Sequence record: NC_071039.1
Strand: one strand, 5' to 3'
Length of the DNA: 64,000 nucleotides
The notes under the pieces were generated by a model, which was given only the letters and a program-made list of their open reading frames with translations, did not search any database and had not been told where the DNA came from. Below, piece by piece: positions 16,780 to 27,250 of this stretch. Numbering within the stretch: the stretch's first letter is position 1; every line of letters starts with the position of its first letter. Both the position numbers and the translations under genes were made by a program.

Positions 16780-19176
16780 GTGGCAGAAGATATTAGAATT
16801 GTTGGCGTTGATCCTAGTGTCCCAGGCTGGGCTAGAGAAGAAACTCTTAATAAAATAGTATCTGAGTTAAAAAAACTCAATGGATCTAATACAAGAGAAA
16901 ACGACGAACTAAAAGATGCAGTAGATGAACTAGTTAGGGTAACCCGTAGATCTAACGAAGATACATCTAGAACAGATAATAACACTGAAATAAAAGAAGC
17001 ATTAAATAGATTATCTTCTTCGTTAAAACAACAGAAAAAATCTGATAATTCTTTATCTGCAAAGCAAGGTGGAAACAAACCTCCCGTATTGCCGCCTGAC
17101 AATAAGAAATCTAAATTAGATACAGATACTATAGGCGCATTTATTACTGCCGTCGGTACTGCTTCAAAGGCAGTAGCAAAATTTACTTTAAGTATGGCAT
17201 CTTTTGCAGTTGGCGGAAGTATATATGCTGCATTAAAGCAAGCTGCATCGTCGCAACTTACTTTATCTAGAGATTTATATAAATCAGGTTGGAACTTCGG
17301 AACGGTATTAGACGATGCATCTGGTATTATTAAATCTACCAACTTAGACGGTATTTCGTATGCCATAAAAGGTTTAGGTATAAATTCATCTGCATTATCT
17401 GAAGTATTAAAAGGCAATGAATTAGCAATACAAAAATACGGAATAAAATCGTTTGTAGATTTGTCTTCTAGCTTAAAAAGACAAGGCAATAGCTTAGGTA
17501 TGTCTTTAAAAGAAACAGCAGATTATGTAGGAGAATATTTAGAATCTCAACGTTTAATGGGTACATTTGATAAAATGCGCCAAGTAAACATGACTGCCCT
17601 TGCATCTAAAGCACTTAAAGATACCCAAGCATTTGCTACTGCATTAAGAATGTCTACAGAAGACCTTCAGGCAAAAATGAATGAAAGTTTAAAAGATGTA
17701 GACTTTCGTGTAGCAATAGAATCAGTTAACGCAAATTCTAAAGAAGCAGCCGCCCAAATTTATGCCGCTTTGCCGGAACAATTGCAAACTATGTTTAAGG
17801 TAGCTCTTAAAGATACTCCGTCTTTTATGGCATCTAAAGAATACGCCGATTTGATAAAATCCGGGCAAGGAGAATTAGCTAGACAAATAATTGCAGTATC
17901 ATCTGGACTGAAATCTGGTAATATAACTAACGGTCAGGCAGATGATGCAATGAAACGACTTATAAAATCTACTAGTTTTGCAGAAAGTACAATGCGTAGA
18001 CTTGCTATGCTAGATGCTCGTGGACTAATAGATAGTAATGTTGCTGCTGCTGCGTATGGATTAAAAGACCTTAGAGATAAAATGGATGGTCATTATGAAG
18101 GAATCCAAAATACAGAAGCTACAAATTTAGCAAAAGTCGAAGATGTAAGAAATAGAGCATTAGCTGTATTAGATACGTTTGTATCATCTATAATGAGAGC
18201 AGGATTCGAATCTGATGAATTTGCTAAATTATTAGATAATGCAAATGAAATGTTAAAAACAATTCATAATACAGCAGAAGACTTAGGTAAACAACTAGGT
18301 CCGGAATTATTTAAATTTGTTAACAATGCTATGGAATATCTAAATGGTTTATTTAGTAAAGATGTAGCAGGAAATATAAATGTAAATTATTCTAAAATAA
18401 TAGGAGATATTTTAACAAGTTCCGGTGCTGCTATAGTAGTTGGCGTTCTTGCTATTATGACTACATTTAAAGGTGTTGTTATTTCTTCGTTATCGTCGTG
18501 GCTTAAAGGTGCATCAGGACCTATGTCATCATTGGGCGGCACAGTAAAAACTATAGCAGGAAGATTAGGGGCATTTGCAGCACTAGCAGTATCGTTTACG
18601 AATGGAATAGGTAGATTAAGTCAATCAATTTCGGAAGGCGGCGATGCAATAGAATCTGCATTGAATTTTTTATCGGGCGCAGGCGAAGGTATAATAGATC
18701 CTGTGTTTAAATCCCTTACATGGGCAGCTAACAAATTAGGTATAGTATCTGATGAAGCAGCAGATGGATTTAGCAAATACATCAGTGATACTAATTTGCA
18801 ACAGTTCTTGGGTCTACAAGATATACCTATAAAAGTAGAAACTACTAATAAACCTGCATATACACCGCCTGGACCTACTGCTACTAAAACATCTGCATAC
18901 GGTAAAATAGAAACTCCGAAAGCTCCTGCTATAATTCCTACAGCTCAGCCAGATGTAGCAGACGCAGCAAAACAAAGTCCTACTCCTGTAGATCCTACTA
19001 GCAATATAAAGCCTATAGAAAATACAGGAATGAGTTCTCAAGACATGCTAAATAGAAGTACAGATAAACTTATACGTTTACAAGAAGAACAAATACGACA
19101 GTTACAAGAGCTTGTAGATATTCAGCGCAGAGCATTAGCTGCTACTAGAGAAACTGGATTTACAAGAACTAGGTAA
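16780..19176 (+). CDS. Probable tail tape measure protein
   Basis: 798 aa, Ala/Ser/Gly-rich helical, hydrophobic segments, next to gp26-like chaperone and portal. Confidence 0.65.
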   Translation: MAEDIRIVGVDPSVPGWAREETLNKIVSELKKLNGSNTRENDELKDAVDELVRVTRRSNEDTSRTDNNTEIKEALNRLSSSLKQQKKSDNSLSAKQGGNKPPVLPPDNKKSKLDTDTIGAFITAVGTASKAVAKFTLSMASFAVGGSIYAALKQAASSQLTLSRDLYKSGWNFGTVLDDASGIIKSTNLDGISYAIKGLGINSSALSEVLKGNELAIQKYGIKSFVDLSSSLKRQGNSLGMSLKETADYVGEYLESQRLMGTFDKMRQVNMTALASKALKDTQAFATALRMSTEDLQAKMNESLKDVDFRVAIESVNANSKEAAAQIYAALPEQLQTMFKVALKDTPSFMASKEYADLIKSGQGELARQIIAVSSGLKSGNITNGQADDAMKRLIKSTSFAESTMRRLAMLDARGLIDSNVAAAAYGLKDLRDKMDGHYEGIQNTEATNLAKVEDVRNRALAVLDTFVSSIMRAGFESDEFAKLLDNANEMLKTIHNTAEDLGKQLGPELFKFVNNAMEYLNGLFSKDVAGNINVNYSKIIGDILTSSGAAIVVGVLAIMTTFKGVVISSLSSWLKGASGPMSSLGGTVKTIAGRLGAFAALAVSFTNGIGRLSQSISEGGDAIESALNFLSGAGEGIIDPVFKSLTWAANKLGIVSDEAADGFSKYISDTNLQQFLGLQDIPIKVETTNKPAYTPPGPTATKTSAYGKIETPKAPAIIPTAQPDVADAAKQSPTPVDPTSNIKPIENTGMSSQDMLNRSTDKLIRLQEEQIRQLQELVDIQRRALAATRETGFTRTR

Positions 19177-19205
19177 TAAACACAATATATATTGAGATAG
19201 AGTAC

Positions 19206-20921
19206 ATGTCTAGTTGGAAAAAACATTTTAAGCCTGCATCAAATTCAGCGCTGCCTATACAAACTAAAAATACATCTGGTTATGCTTCTGCTGTTTCAAA
19301 ATATAACACATGGCTTCCTGAAGTTTATATGGGTCCGCCTAACAGATTAGAGCGGTACATTCAATATGAACAAATGGATCTTGATCACGAAGTAAACACT
19401 GCATTAGATACTATAGCAGAGTTTTCCACACAACCGGACGGTGTAACCGGGTTGCCATTAAATATAAAATTTACAGAAGAACCTACTGAAACAGAATTAA
19501 AAATTTTAACAAAAAGCTTAAAAAGATGGATACATCTTAATAAGTTTGAAGATAGGCTTTTCGGTATTTTTAGATCTACAATAATGTATGGAGATCAATT
19601 CTTTATAAGAGATCCGGAAACTTACGAATTATATTGGGTAGATCCGCACAAAGTAGAAAAAATAATTGTTAACGAAAGTAAAGGAAAAGAAATAGAGACC
19701 TATTTCATTAAAGATGTTGATTTAAATACTGCAGAGTTAGTAGGATCTAATGTAACTAATAAAATACAAATAGGATACGGAAACACAGCATCTGCTTTCC
19801 CCCAAGCAACTATGGGAATAAATCCTGCAGGACCATACGCATCTGCAAATAATCCTAGTCAGAATGGCTCGTTAGCTAACAGCGAAGCTATGCCGATAAA
19901 TGCAAAGCATATAGTTCATTTTTCTATGACAGAAGGTATGAATTCTGCGTGGCCATTTGGTACTAGTGAATTAGAGACTATATTTAAAGTATATAAGCAA
20001 AAAGAAATGCTTGAAGATGCAATGCTTATATATAGAATTCATCGCGCACCAGAAAGACGTGTGTTTATTATTGACACAGGTAACTTACCTCCTAACAAAG
20101 CTCAGCAAGTGTTAGAGCGCGTTAAATATGAAGTACAACAAAAAAGGATTCCTAATAAAACTGGCGGCGGAAGTAATATTCTAGACTCGTCATATAACCC
20201 TCTTTCTACTCTTGAAGATTATTATTTTGCTCAGTCAGCAGACGGCAGAGGATCGAAAGTAGATGTTTTACCGGGAGGTTCTAATCTAGGCGAAATAGAT
20301 GATATGCGTTATTTTAATAATAAAATGATGCGTGCGTTAGGAGTTCCTAGTTCGTATCTGCCTACAGGACCCGATGATGGTACAGCAGGGTATAATGACG
20401 GAAGAGTAGGAACTGCATATATACAAGAATTTAGATTTAGTGAAAGATGCAAAAGACATCAACGTCAAATAGTAAAAACATTAGATAAAGAATTTAAACT
20501 ATATCTTAAGTTTAGTGGTATTACTATAGACAATAGTATATTTAATATAACATTTGTAGAGCCACAAAATTTTGCTAAATATCGACAAATAGATATGGAT
20601 TCTGCTCAAGTTGCAGTTTTCAATGGAATTGCTGATGTCCCCTACATAAGTAAGCGGTTTGCATTAAAACGTTATTTAGGTTGGGGAGAAGCTGAAATTC
20701 TAGAAAACGAAAAGATGTATGCAGAAGAACAGAGTCTTAAAAACAAACGTGGTAAAAAAGCTGATGCTGGTATGAGACAAGTGGGTATTTCGCCAGCTGC
20801 GCTAGCTGGTGTTGGGGAGTTTGATACCAGTGCAGTTAGTGATAGTTCTGACTTCGGTGATGACGATATAGTTGATGATATCGATTTAGATCAAACAGTA
20901 GAAGACTTTGGGAAAGAATAA
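19206..20921 (+). CDS. gp20: Portal vertex protein
   Basis: MLEDAMLIYRIHRAPERRVFIIDTGNLPPNKAQQ, LEDYYFAQ..DGRGSKVDVLPGGSNLGEIDD, ALGVPSS motifs of the T4 gp20 family. Confidence 0.97.
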   Translation: MSSWKKHFKPASNSALPIQTKNTSGYASAVSKYNTWLPEVYMGPPNRLERYIQYEQMDLDHEVNTALDTIAEFSTQPDGVTGLPLNIKFTEEPTETELKILTKSLKRWIHLNKFEDRLFGIFRSTIMYGDQFFIRDPETYELYWVDPHKVEKIIVNESKGKEIETYFIKDVDLNTAELVGSNVTNKIQIGYGNTASAFPQATMGINPAGPYASANNPSQNGSLANSEAMPINAKHIVHFSMTEGMNSAWPFGTSELETIFKVYKQKEMLEDAMLIYRIHRAPERRVFIIDTGNLPPNKAQQVLERVKYEVQQKRIPNKTGGGSNILDSSYNPLSTLEDYYFAQSADGRGSKVDVLPGGSNLGEIDDMRYFNNKMMRALGVPSSYLPTGPDDGTAGYNDGRVGTAYIQEFRFSERCKRHQRQIVKTLDKEFKLYLKFSGITIDNSIFNITFVEPQNFAKYRQIDMDSAQVAVFNGIADVPYISKRFALKRYLGWGEAEILENEKMYAEEQSLKNKRGKKADAGMRQVGISPAALAGVGEFDTSAVSDSSDFGDDDIVDDIDLDQTVEDFGKE

Positions 20922-21142
20922 TGAAAATAAACGATATTATAACAGAAGGTTATTATAATCCTGCAGACGATTCTAGTGCAATTGCACATAAGTCAGACAC
21001 ACGTAGACCTAGACTAACATTTTCTCATTTAAATAAGCTTAGAAAAATGAGAGAATTGCGTAAAGTAGAAACAGAAGAACATTTAGTGTTAGTTAGACAA
21101 ATGTATAGCCAACCGATACAATCGGACGATGCATTTGGATAA
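20921..21142 (+). CDS. Small head-associated protein
   Basis: Coupled to portal; DTRRPRLTFSHLNKLRKMR. Confidence 0.7.
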   Translation: MKINDIITEGYYNPADDSSAIAHKSDTRRPRLTFSHLNKLRKMRELRKVETEEHLVLVRQMYSQPIQSDDAFG

Positions 21143-21165
21143 AATTTCTAAAAATGTTAGTTTTT

Positions 21166-21187
21166 GGGGCATAAATGCCCCTTTTTT
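21166..21187 (+). terminator. Intrinsic terminator
   Basis: GGGGCAT-AA-ATGCCCC-TTTTTT. Confidence 0.7.
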
Positions 21188-21208
21188 AATATTAAGTGTA
21201 AATACCGA

Positions 21209-21216
21209 TATAAATA
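21209..21216 (+). promoter_or_regulatory. T4-consensus late promoter TATAAATA
   Basis: Upstream of prohead core-protease-scaffold-capsid operon. Confidence 0.65.
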
Positions 21217-21247
21217 ATATACAACGTTTTCCTAAAGGAGTAAAAAC

Positions 21248-22060
21248 ATGTCTCATCGTAAGGAACTAGAAAAAGTTCTAGATCTTCTACTAAATGAAAA
21301 TGCAGAACAAGCTTCGGCTTTATTACATCAAATTGTTGTAGCTAAAGCTCGTGATATTTACGAACAAGAATCTGCAGATTTTGAAGAAGATTTTGTAAAT
21401 GAAGAAGTAGGTGGCGACAGCCGCGAATCGTTTATTGACGACATTAAATCTGACGAAGAAGAAATTGATGCAGATGAAATGTTTGATGATCAGTCTAGCG
21501 AATTAAATTCTGAAGATGAAGAAGAAGCTGATGCTGATCAAGATATAGAAGATAAAGTAGAAGATCTAGAAGCTCAATTAGCTGCATTAAAAGCAGAATT
21601 TGAAACTCTAGTAAGTCAAGAGGAAGATGAACCGTATCATCCTAATTTAGAACAAGATTTAAATGATGCTGCTGCTGATGCCTTAGAAAAATTTGAAAGT
21701 TTAGAAGAAGCAACTAAGTTTAGTGATTCTGTAAACGTAGATATGAAACAAGAAGGTAAATTAGCAGGAACAGGTAATAAAAGTAAAACTGGTTCTGTAG
21801 ATAAAGAATCGCCTTTTAGTAAACCTACTCAAAAGAAAAATTACGGAGTAGATCCTGTCAAATTTGCTAAATCTACTAATCAAGGCGCTGAAGCTTCAAA
21901 AAAAGCAGACGAATCGTGTGATTTGAATACAGAAGCTACTCCTGAAAAAGTTAGCGATCCTGCAATGAAACAAGAAGGTAAATTAGCAGGAACAGGTAAT
22001 AAAAGTAAAACTGGTTCTGTAGATAAAGAATCACCCCTATCTAAAGCACCTAAGAAGTAA
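21248..22060 (+). CDS. Acidic prohead core protein
   Basis: Very D/E-rich; between portal and protease; RBS AAGGAG. Confidence 0.7.
   Translation: MSHRKELEKVLDLLLNENAEQASALLHQIVVAKARDIYEQESADFEEDFVNEEVGGDSRESFIDDIKSDEEEIDADEMFDDQSSELNSEDEEEADADQDIEDKVEDLEAQLAALKAEFETLVSQEEDEPYHPNLEQDLNDAAADALEKFESLEEATKFSDSVNVDMKQEGKLAGTGNKSKTGSVDKESPFSKPTQKKNYGVDPVKFAKSTNQGAEASKKADESCDLNTEATPEKVSDPAMKQEGKLAGTGNKSKTGSVDKESPLSKAPKK
21743..22032 (+). repeat. Perfect 68-bp direct repeat (21743-21810 and 21965-22032)
   Basis: Both copies encode MKQEGKLAGTGNKSKTGSVDKES. Confidence 0.95.
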
Positions 22061-22078
22061 TTTAGGATAAGTATAAGT

Positions 22079-22711
22079 ATGGCTAGACAGCTTTACGAAT
22101 ATATGTCCCAATCTAAGGGATCGATAATAATAGAACACGGCACCGGACCTGACGGTGCCCGTGATCTATTTATGCGCGGAATATTTATTCAAGGTGATGT
22201 AAAAAATCATAATCAGCGCATCTATCCCCTACATGAAATATCTCATGCAGTTGAATCAGTAAAAGCAAAAATACAGGAAGGGTTTTCTGTTTTAGGAGAA
22301 CTCGATCATCCAGAAGAATTAACTATTAATTTAGACAGAGTGTCTCATATAATCACAGAAATGTGGATGGAAGGCAACTGCGGCTACGGCAAATTAAAAT
22401 TATTAGATACTCCTACTGGAATTATTGCTAAAAGCTTATTAACTGCCGGAGCCAAATTGGGCGTAAGTTCTCGCGGCTCAGGTAATGTAGGTTATGACGG
22501 TGTAGTGAGCGACTTTGATATTGTAACAGTCGACATTGTTGCACAACCGAGCGCTCCTAATGCATATCCTAAACCTATATATGAAAGTTTATACAACATG
22601 AAAGGCGGCGAAATCATTATGGATTTAGCCCGTAACACACCACAGGATCCTAGTGCAGATAAATATCTCAGTAGGGAAATAATAAAACTTATATCCGAAT
22701 TGAAAAAATAG
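22079..22711 (+). CDS. gp21: Prohead core protease
   Basis: GIFIQGDVKNHNQRIYP, LGELDHP, LGVSSRGSG, DIVAQPSAPNAY. Confidence 0.95.
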   Translation: MARQLYEYMSQSKGSIIIEHGTGPDGARDLFMRGIFIQGDVKNHNQRIYPLHEISHAVESVKAKIQEGFSVLGELDHPEELTINLDRVSHIITEMWMEGNCGYGKLKLLDTPTGIIAKSLLTAGAKLGVSSRGSGNVGYDGVVSDFDIVTVDIVAQPSAPNAYPKPIYESLYNMKGGEIIMDLARNTPQDPSADKYLSREIIKLISELKK

Positions 22712-22723
22712 TAGGAGATTTAA

Positions 22724-23830
22724 ATGACAGTGAAGTTCGAACATATCCTAAACGAACAAACTTCTTTAAGTGCAGAAGTAAAATCTGCTATTACAGAAGC
22801 ATGGGAAGCTCGTATAGGACAAGTAAAAGAAGAACTCACTGCTGAGCTTCGTGAAGAATTTGCTCGTAAGTTTGCACACGACAAAGAACAACTTGTCGAA
22901 GCAATGGACAAATTCTTAGAAGAAAAAATCCGCAGTGAAATCGAAGAATTTGCTCAAGACAAACGAGAACTAGCTGCCGAACGAGTTCAAGCTAAAATGC
23001 AAGTAAAAGAACATATCGAAATGCTCGATAAGTTCTTAATAGATGCAGTTTCTAAAGAAGTCAAAGAACTTCGTGAAGATCGCCGTGCAATTAAAGGCAA
23101 TCTAGAGAAATTAGAAGAGTTTGCACTCACTAATCTTGCAACTGAAGTCAAAGAGCTTCGGGAAGAAAAGCAAGCATTAGTTCGTCAGAAAGTTAAATTA
23201 ATAAGTGAAGCAAAAAAACAATTAGCAGAAACTAAAAAGCAGTTCATAAAGAAAGCGTCGCAAATAGTAGACACAAACATTAATAGCGTATTGCAAGAAG
23301 AAATAAAGCAATATAAAGAAGATATTGATGCTGCTCGTCGAAATGACTTTGGACGTCGTTTATTTGAAGCTTTTGCTGCAGAGTACATGACTTCGCATCT
23401 AAACGAAGGTAGTGAACTTAAGAAACTCAAAAATATTCTTATACAAAAAGAAGAAGCCCTTAATGAAGCTTTATCTCATGTAGAAGAACGTGAAGCACTT
23501 GCAGAAAATCTACGCACTCGCATTTCTGTATTAGAAGAGCGTGTTAAACGTAGCTCTGTAATGTCTGAATTGTTAGCTCCGCTAAATAAAGAAAAGCGTA
23601 GCGTAATGCAAGATCTTTTAGAGTCTGTAAAAACAGAACATTTAAAAGTTGCATATAACAAATATTTGCCAGCAGTGCTAGATTGTAGTGCAGCACCGGC
23701 AAGTAAAAAAGAAGCTCTAACTGAGTCAGCAAGAGCTGTAAAAACTGGTAACAGGGCGTCTAGCGTTGCCCAGCAAGATGACTCATCTGTAGGCGTTGAA
23801 GAATTAAGACGCCTAGCAGGCATTAAGTAA
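22724..23830 (+). CDS. gp22: Prohead scaffolding protein
   Basis: Coiled-coil, acidic; between protease and major capsid protein. Confidence 0.85.
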   Translation: MTVKFEHILNEQTSLSAEVKSAITEAWEARIGQVKEELTAELREEFARKFAHDKEQLVEAMDKFLEEKIRSEIEEFAQDKRELAAERVQAKMQVKEHIEMLDKFLIDAVSKEVKELREDRRAIKGNLEKLEEFALTNLATEVKELREEKQALVRQKVKLISEAKKQLAETKKQFIKKASQIVDTNINSVLQEEIKQYKEDIDAARRNDFGRRLFEAFAAEYMTSHLNEGSELKKLKNILIQKEEALNEALSHVEEREALAENLRTRISVLEERVKRSSVMSELLAPLNKEKRSVMQDLLESVKTEHLKVAYNKYLPAVLDCSAAPASKKEALTESARAVKTGNRASSVAQQDDSSVGVEELRRLAGIK

Positions 23831-23849
23831 TTAGGAGAATAACTTAAAA

Positions 23850-25037
23850 ATGTCTAATCGTCTATTTGAAAGCAACTGGGCTGCTACTAAAAGCGCCCTC
23901 ACTGAAGGTCTAAAAGGTCAACGTAAGTCGACCATGGACGCAGTAATGGAAAACACTAAGCGTTTCTTAGTTGAAAATGCTTCCGCCGGTGCTACCCAAG
24001 CCGGTAACATAGCTACTATCAACAAAGTGATGCTACCCCTAATCCGTCGTGTTATGCCTTCCGTTATTGCTAACGAAATTATGGGTGTACAGCCTATGAC
24101 TGGTCCCGTAGGTCAGATACATACCCTACGTGTTCGTTATGCTGATACTGCATCTGGTGTTCAAGCTGGTACTGAAGCACTAAGCCCGTTCGATATTGCA
24201 AAAGCATATTCCGGTAACGAAGCTTTAAACAACAGCACTAACCCAGTTCCAGGCGCTGCCAACACTTCTCGGATGGAAGGTTTTGCTGGTAATCGCATGA
24301 ACATTCAAATTCTAAAAGAAACCGTAGAAGCACGTACTCGTCGTCTAAGCGCTCGCTGGACCTTCGAATCTGCACAGGATGCTAACGCTCTTCACGGTAT
24401 AGATATAGAAGCTGAAATCATGCAAGCTTTAGCTCAAGAAATTACCGTCGAAATCGACCAAGAAATGCTAAATCGTCTACGTATTTTAGCTGGTCCGGCT
24501 CCTGTGACTTATAACCAAGCTGCGGTATCTGGTACTGCTACTTATGTCGGTGATGAACATGCTGCATTAGCTGTAATGATCAACCAACAGGCTAACTTAG
24601 TTGCTGCTCGTACTCGTCGCGGCGCTGCTAACTGGGCTGTTATTTCGCCTAACGCACTAACTGTTCTACAGTCTGCAACTACTTCGACTTTTGCTCGTAC
24701 TACTGAAGGTGTGTTTGAAGCACCTACTAACGTTAAATTTGCAGGTACCTTAAACGGAACTATGCGCATTTATGTAGATACTTATGCTGCTGAAGATGAA
24801 AAAGTTTTAATCGGTTATAAAGGTTCAACTGAAACTGATGCTGCTGCATTCTTCTGCCCGTATATTCCGTTAATGAGCACTGGTCCGGTAATTGATCCTA
24901 CTACTTTCGAGCCTGTAGTATCATTTATGTCCAGATACGGTTACTTAGAACTCACCAATACTGCTAACTCGCTGGGTAACGGTGCTGACTATCTAAGTTC
25001 GATTGCTATAGATGCATCCACTCTTAAATTCTTCTAA
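23850..25037 (+). CDS. gp23: Major capsid protein
   Basis: PLIRRVMPSVIANEIMGVQPMTGPVGQI, RRLSARWTFESAQD, AFFCPYIPL, FMSRYG. Confidence 0.97.
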   Translation: MSNRLFESNWAATKSALTEGLKGQRKSTMDAVMENTKRFLVENASAGATQAGNIATINKVMLPLIRRVMPSVIANEIMGVQPMTGPVGQIHTLRVRYADTASGVQAGTEALSPFDIAKAYSGNEALNNSTNPVPGAANTSRMEGFAGNRMNIQILKETVEARTRRLSARWTFESAQDANALHGIDIEAEIMQALAQEITVEIDQEMLNRLRILAGPAPVTYNQAAVSGTATYVGDEHAALAVMINQQANLVAARTRRGAANWAVISPNALTVLQSATTSTFARTTEGVFEAPTNVKFAGTLNGTMRIYVDTYAAEDEKVLIGYKGSTETDAAAFFCPYIPLMSTGPVIDPTTFEPVVSFMSRYGYLELTNTANSLGNGADYLSSIAIDASTLKFF

Positions 25038-25073
25038 TAATAACAACTTATACTTGTTATTCGAAGAATACCA

Positions 25074-25105
25074 AAAAAAGTGTAGTAGAAATACTACACT
25101 TTTTT
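25074..25105 (+). terminator. Terminator after major capsid gene
   Basis: AAAAAAGTGTAGTA-GAAA-TACTACACTTTTTT. Confidence 0.85.
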
Positions 25106-25106
25106 A

Positions 25107-25135
25107 TTGACTAGAAAAAAATAATTTGTTAGTAT
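25107..25135 (+). promoter_or_regulatory. sigma70-type promoter for nuclease-like gene
   Basis: TTGACT-17 nt-TAGTAT with TGn extension, directly after terminator. Confidence 0.6.
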
Positions 25136-25155
25136 TATAAAAAACTATTTTATAT

Positions 25156-26733
25156 ATGTCAGACTTAATAATACAAATAAAAGAATTGATAAAAAGTAAA
25201 CCAAAGCATTTCAGTGTTTTGATTAAAAAAGATTTAAAATTAGCAGAATTTGTAGAACAACACTGCACTAATCCCTCTAATACTGTGTATGCTGCTAAAG
25301 TATATACTGCTATAACTGGCGAAAAAGAAGAATGCAAATACGGAAACACAAAAAAATTTAATTCAATAAATGATGGGTTTAGATTTTGTGGTACTGCATC
25401 CTCGTGCAAGTGTTGTAAAGAAAGTGTATCTAATAACTTAGTGCAATCAAAAAAGATAGAAAATAAAGAAATATCAAAGAAAAAGCGTGAGAAAACTAAT
25501 CTAAAAAAATACGGAGTATCAAATACTGGGCAATCTGCTATTGCTCTACAAAATCATGCAAAATTTTACGAAAATAAACAAAATGTAGACAAAGTAACGT
25601 CTAAGATAAAGCACACTAAGTCAGTAAAATACGGTAACAAAAATTTTAATGGTAATAAATGGTATTCTAAAATATCGGAAAAACTAAAAGAAAATAATTT
25701 ATCTTTTACTATACAAGAACATGAATATAAAGGTATGGCAGAAACGTATTGCATAAGATGTGGAACCTGTAATACCACTTTTATGTCTAAGGTTAGATAT
25801 AGTAGTATACCGACTTGTGCAATATGTATGCCGGAATTGACAGTATGTAATTCGACACAAGAACAAGAATTATTTAATTTTATAAGACAGCATTATTCTG
25901 GAGAAATAATAACTGGATCTAGAAAAATATTAGATTCTGGAAAAAGTTTAGATATATACCTTCCTGAAAAAAATCTTGCAATAGAATATAATGGGCTTTA
26001 TTGGCATGTAATAGATAACGATCGTTTACCGCACATAACCAAAACATATCATTATGACAAATATATAGGTTGTAAAGAAAAGGGAATATCGTTAATTACT
26101 ATATATGGACATTTGTATAACTCTAAAAAAACTATAGTAGAAAACAGATTACTTCATAAATTAGGCTATACACAAGAAACAGTATATGCTAGAAAATGTA
26201 TTATTAAAGATGTGCCTTCTGCAGAAGAAAAAGAATTTTTGAATAAAACGCATATACAAGGTTATGTTCCGTCATCTATAAAATACGGATTGTATTTTAA
26301 TAATGTATTAGTTGCATTAATGAGTTTTATAAAATCATCTAACAGAAACATTTCGGGAAATAACAGATACGACTACGAATTGCTTAGATATGCAACATCT
26401 TGTTCGGTACTAGGCGGAGCATCTAAATTGTTTTCTCATTTTGTAAAGAATAATATTCCTAATTCTATAGTTTCATATTCACAAAATGAATGGAATACAG
26501 GCAATGTTTACCGTATATTAGGGTTCAAACAAGAACCTAAAATAAACATAGGATATTGGTATGTAAGTCCGGATTTTTGTAAAGTATATCATAGGACTAA
26601 TTATACTAAAAAGAAATTAATAGAACATGGTTTTAATTCAAATAAATCAGAACACCAGATAATGGAAGAGTGTGGATTCAGACGACTATATGACTGTGGT
26701 AATACCAAATGGGTGTGGGAAAACAAAATATAA
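25156..26733 (+). CDS. Free-standing homing-endonuclease-like protein (Vsr/DUF559-type nuclease plus GNAT-like C-terminal domain)
   Basis: QEQELFNFI...LDIYLPEKNLAIEYNGLYWH nuclease motif; YARKC..F...HIQGY...GLY...LVALMSF...ELLRYA..GGASKL; N-terminal CxxC and TNLKKYGV motifs. Confidence 0.7.
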   Translation: MSDLIIQIKELIKSKPKHFSVLIKKDLKLAEFVEQHCTNPSNTVYAAKVYTAITGEKEECKYGNTKKFNSINDGFRFCGTASSCKCCKESVSNNLVQSKKIENKEISKKKREKTNLKKYGVSNTGQSAIALQNHAKFYENKQNVDKVTSKIKHTKSVKYGNKNFNGNKWYSKISEKLKENNLSFTIQEHEYKGMAETYCIRCGTCNTTFMSKVRYSSIPTCAICMPELTVCNSTQEQELFNFIRQHYSGEIITGSRKILDSGKSLDIYLPEKNLAIEYNGLYWHVIDNDRLPHITKTYHYDKYIGCKEKGISLITIYGHLYNSKKTIVENRLLHKLGYTQETVYARKCIIKDVPSAEEKEFLNKTHIQGYVPSSIKYGLYFNNVLVALMSFIKSSNRNISGNNRYDYELLRYATSCSVLGGASKLFSHFVKNNIPNSIVSYSQNEWNTGNVYRILGFKQEPKINIGYWYVSPDFCKVYHRTNYTKKKLIEHGFNSNKSEHQIMEECGFRRLYDCGNTKWVWENKI

Positions 26734-26784
26734 GTTTTTAAAATACAGAGTTGTGTTATACTTTAAAAATAAAAGGGGTTTTTA

Positions 26785-27249
26785 GTGTCAGACATAGTTG
26801 ATATACGTTTTGAGTTTGTAGGATACGATTCAGACATAAAATACATAAATAATTGCGAAAATAGTGGATGTTATGATGAAGGTATATGTCGTTGTGGACA
26901 TTTTGAAGATACAGATATAAATGGTATACCAGATGATCCCGAATATATTTTTCCAACTAAAATGTCTGTATGGAGACGAGTAGGATATAATGGAAAATAT
27001 GATGATTACAAACATAGTTACTATGAAATCACTGAATCCGATAGAAAGTATTTTGCAAAAATAATGCATTTTATCGGTTATACACTAGATTCTTTTTATT
27101 TTGATATCGAATCGGGGTACTATGGCGAAGAAGGCGGAGATCTAGTACACGATAAACAGGGCTTGTTAAAATCTGCCATGATTGACATTTTAAACAGACC
27201 CGACGAAGAAGACAGATTGGTGTATTTATTATCTAAAACTTGGGAATAA
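26785..27249 (+). CDS. Hypothetical protein with Cys cluster (paralog of 27251)
   Basis: NNCENSGCYDEGICRC and ESGYYGEEGGD motifs. Confidence 0.7.
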   Translation: MSDIVDIRFEFVGYDSDIKYINNCENSGCYDEGICRCGHFEDTDINGIPDDPEYIFPTKMSVWRRVGYNGKYDDYKHSYYEITESDRKYFAKIMHFIGYTLDSFYFDIESGYYGEEGGDLVHDKQGLLKSAMIDILNRPDEEDRLVYLLSKTWE

Positions 27250-27250
27250 T

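Noticed and set aside
16740-17489. 249-aa antisense ORF over the tape measure gene
   Set aside because: Shadow frame of an Ala/Ser/Lys-rich gene; no RBS or recognisable motif
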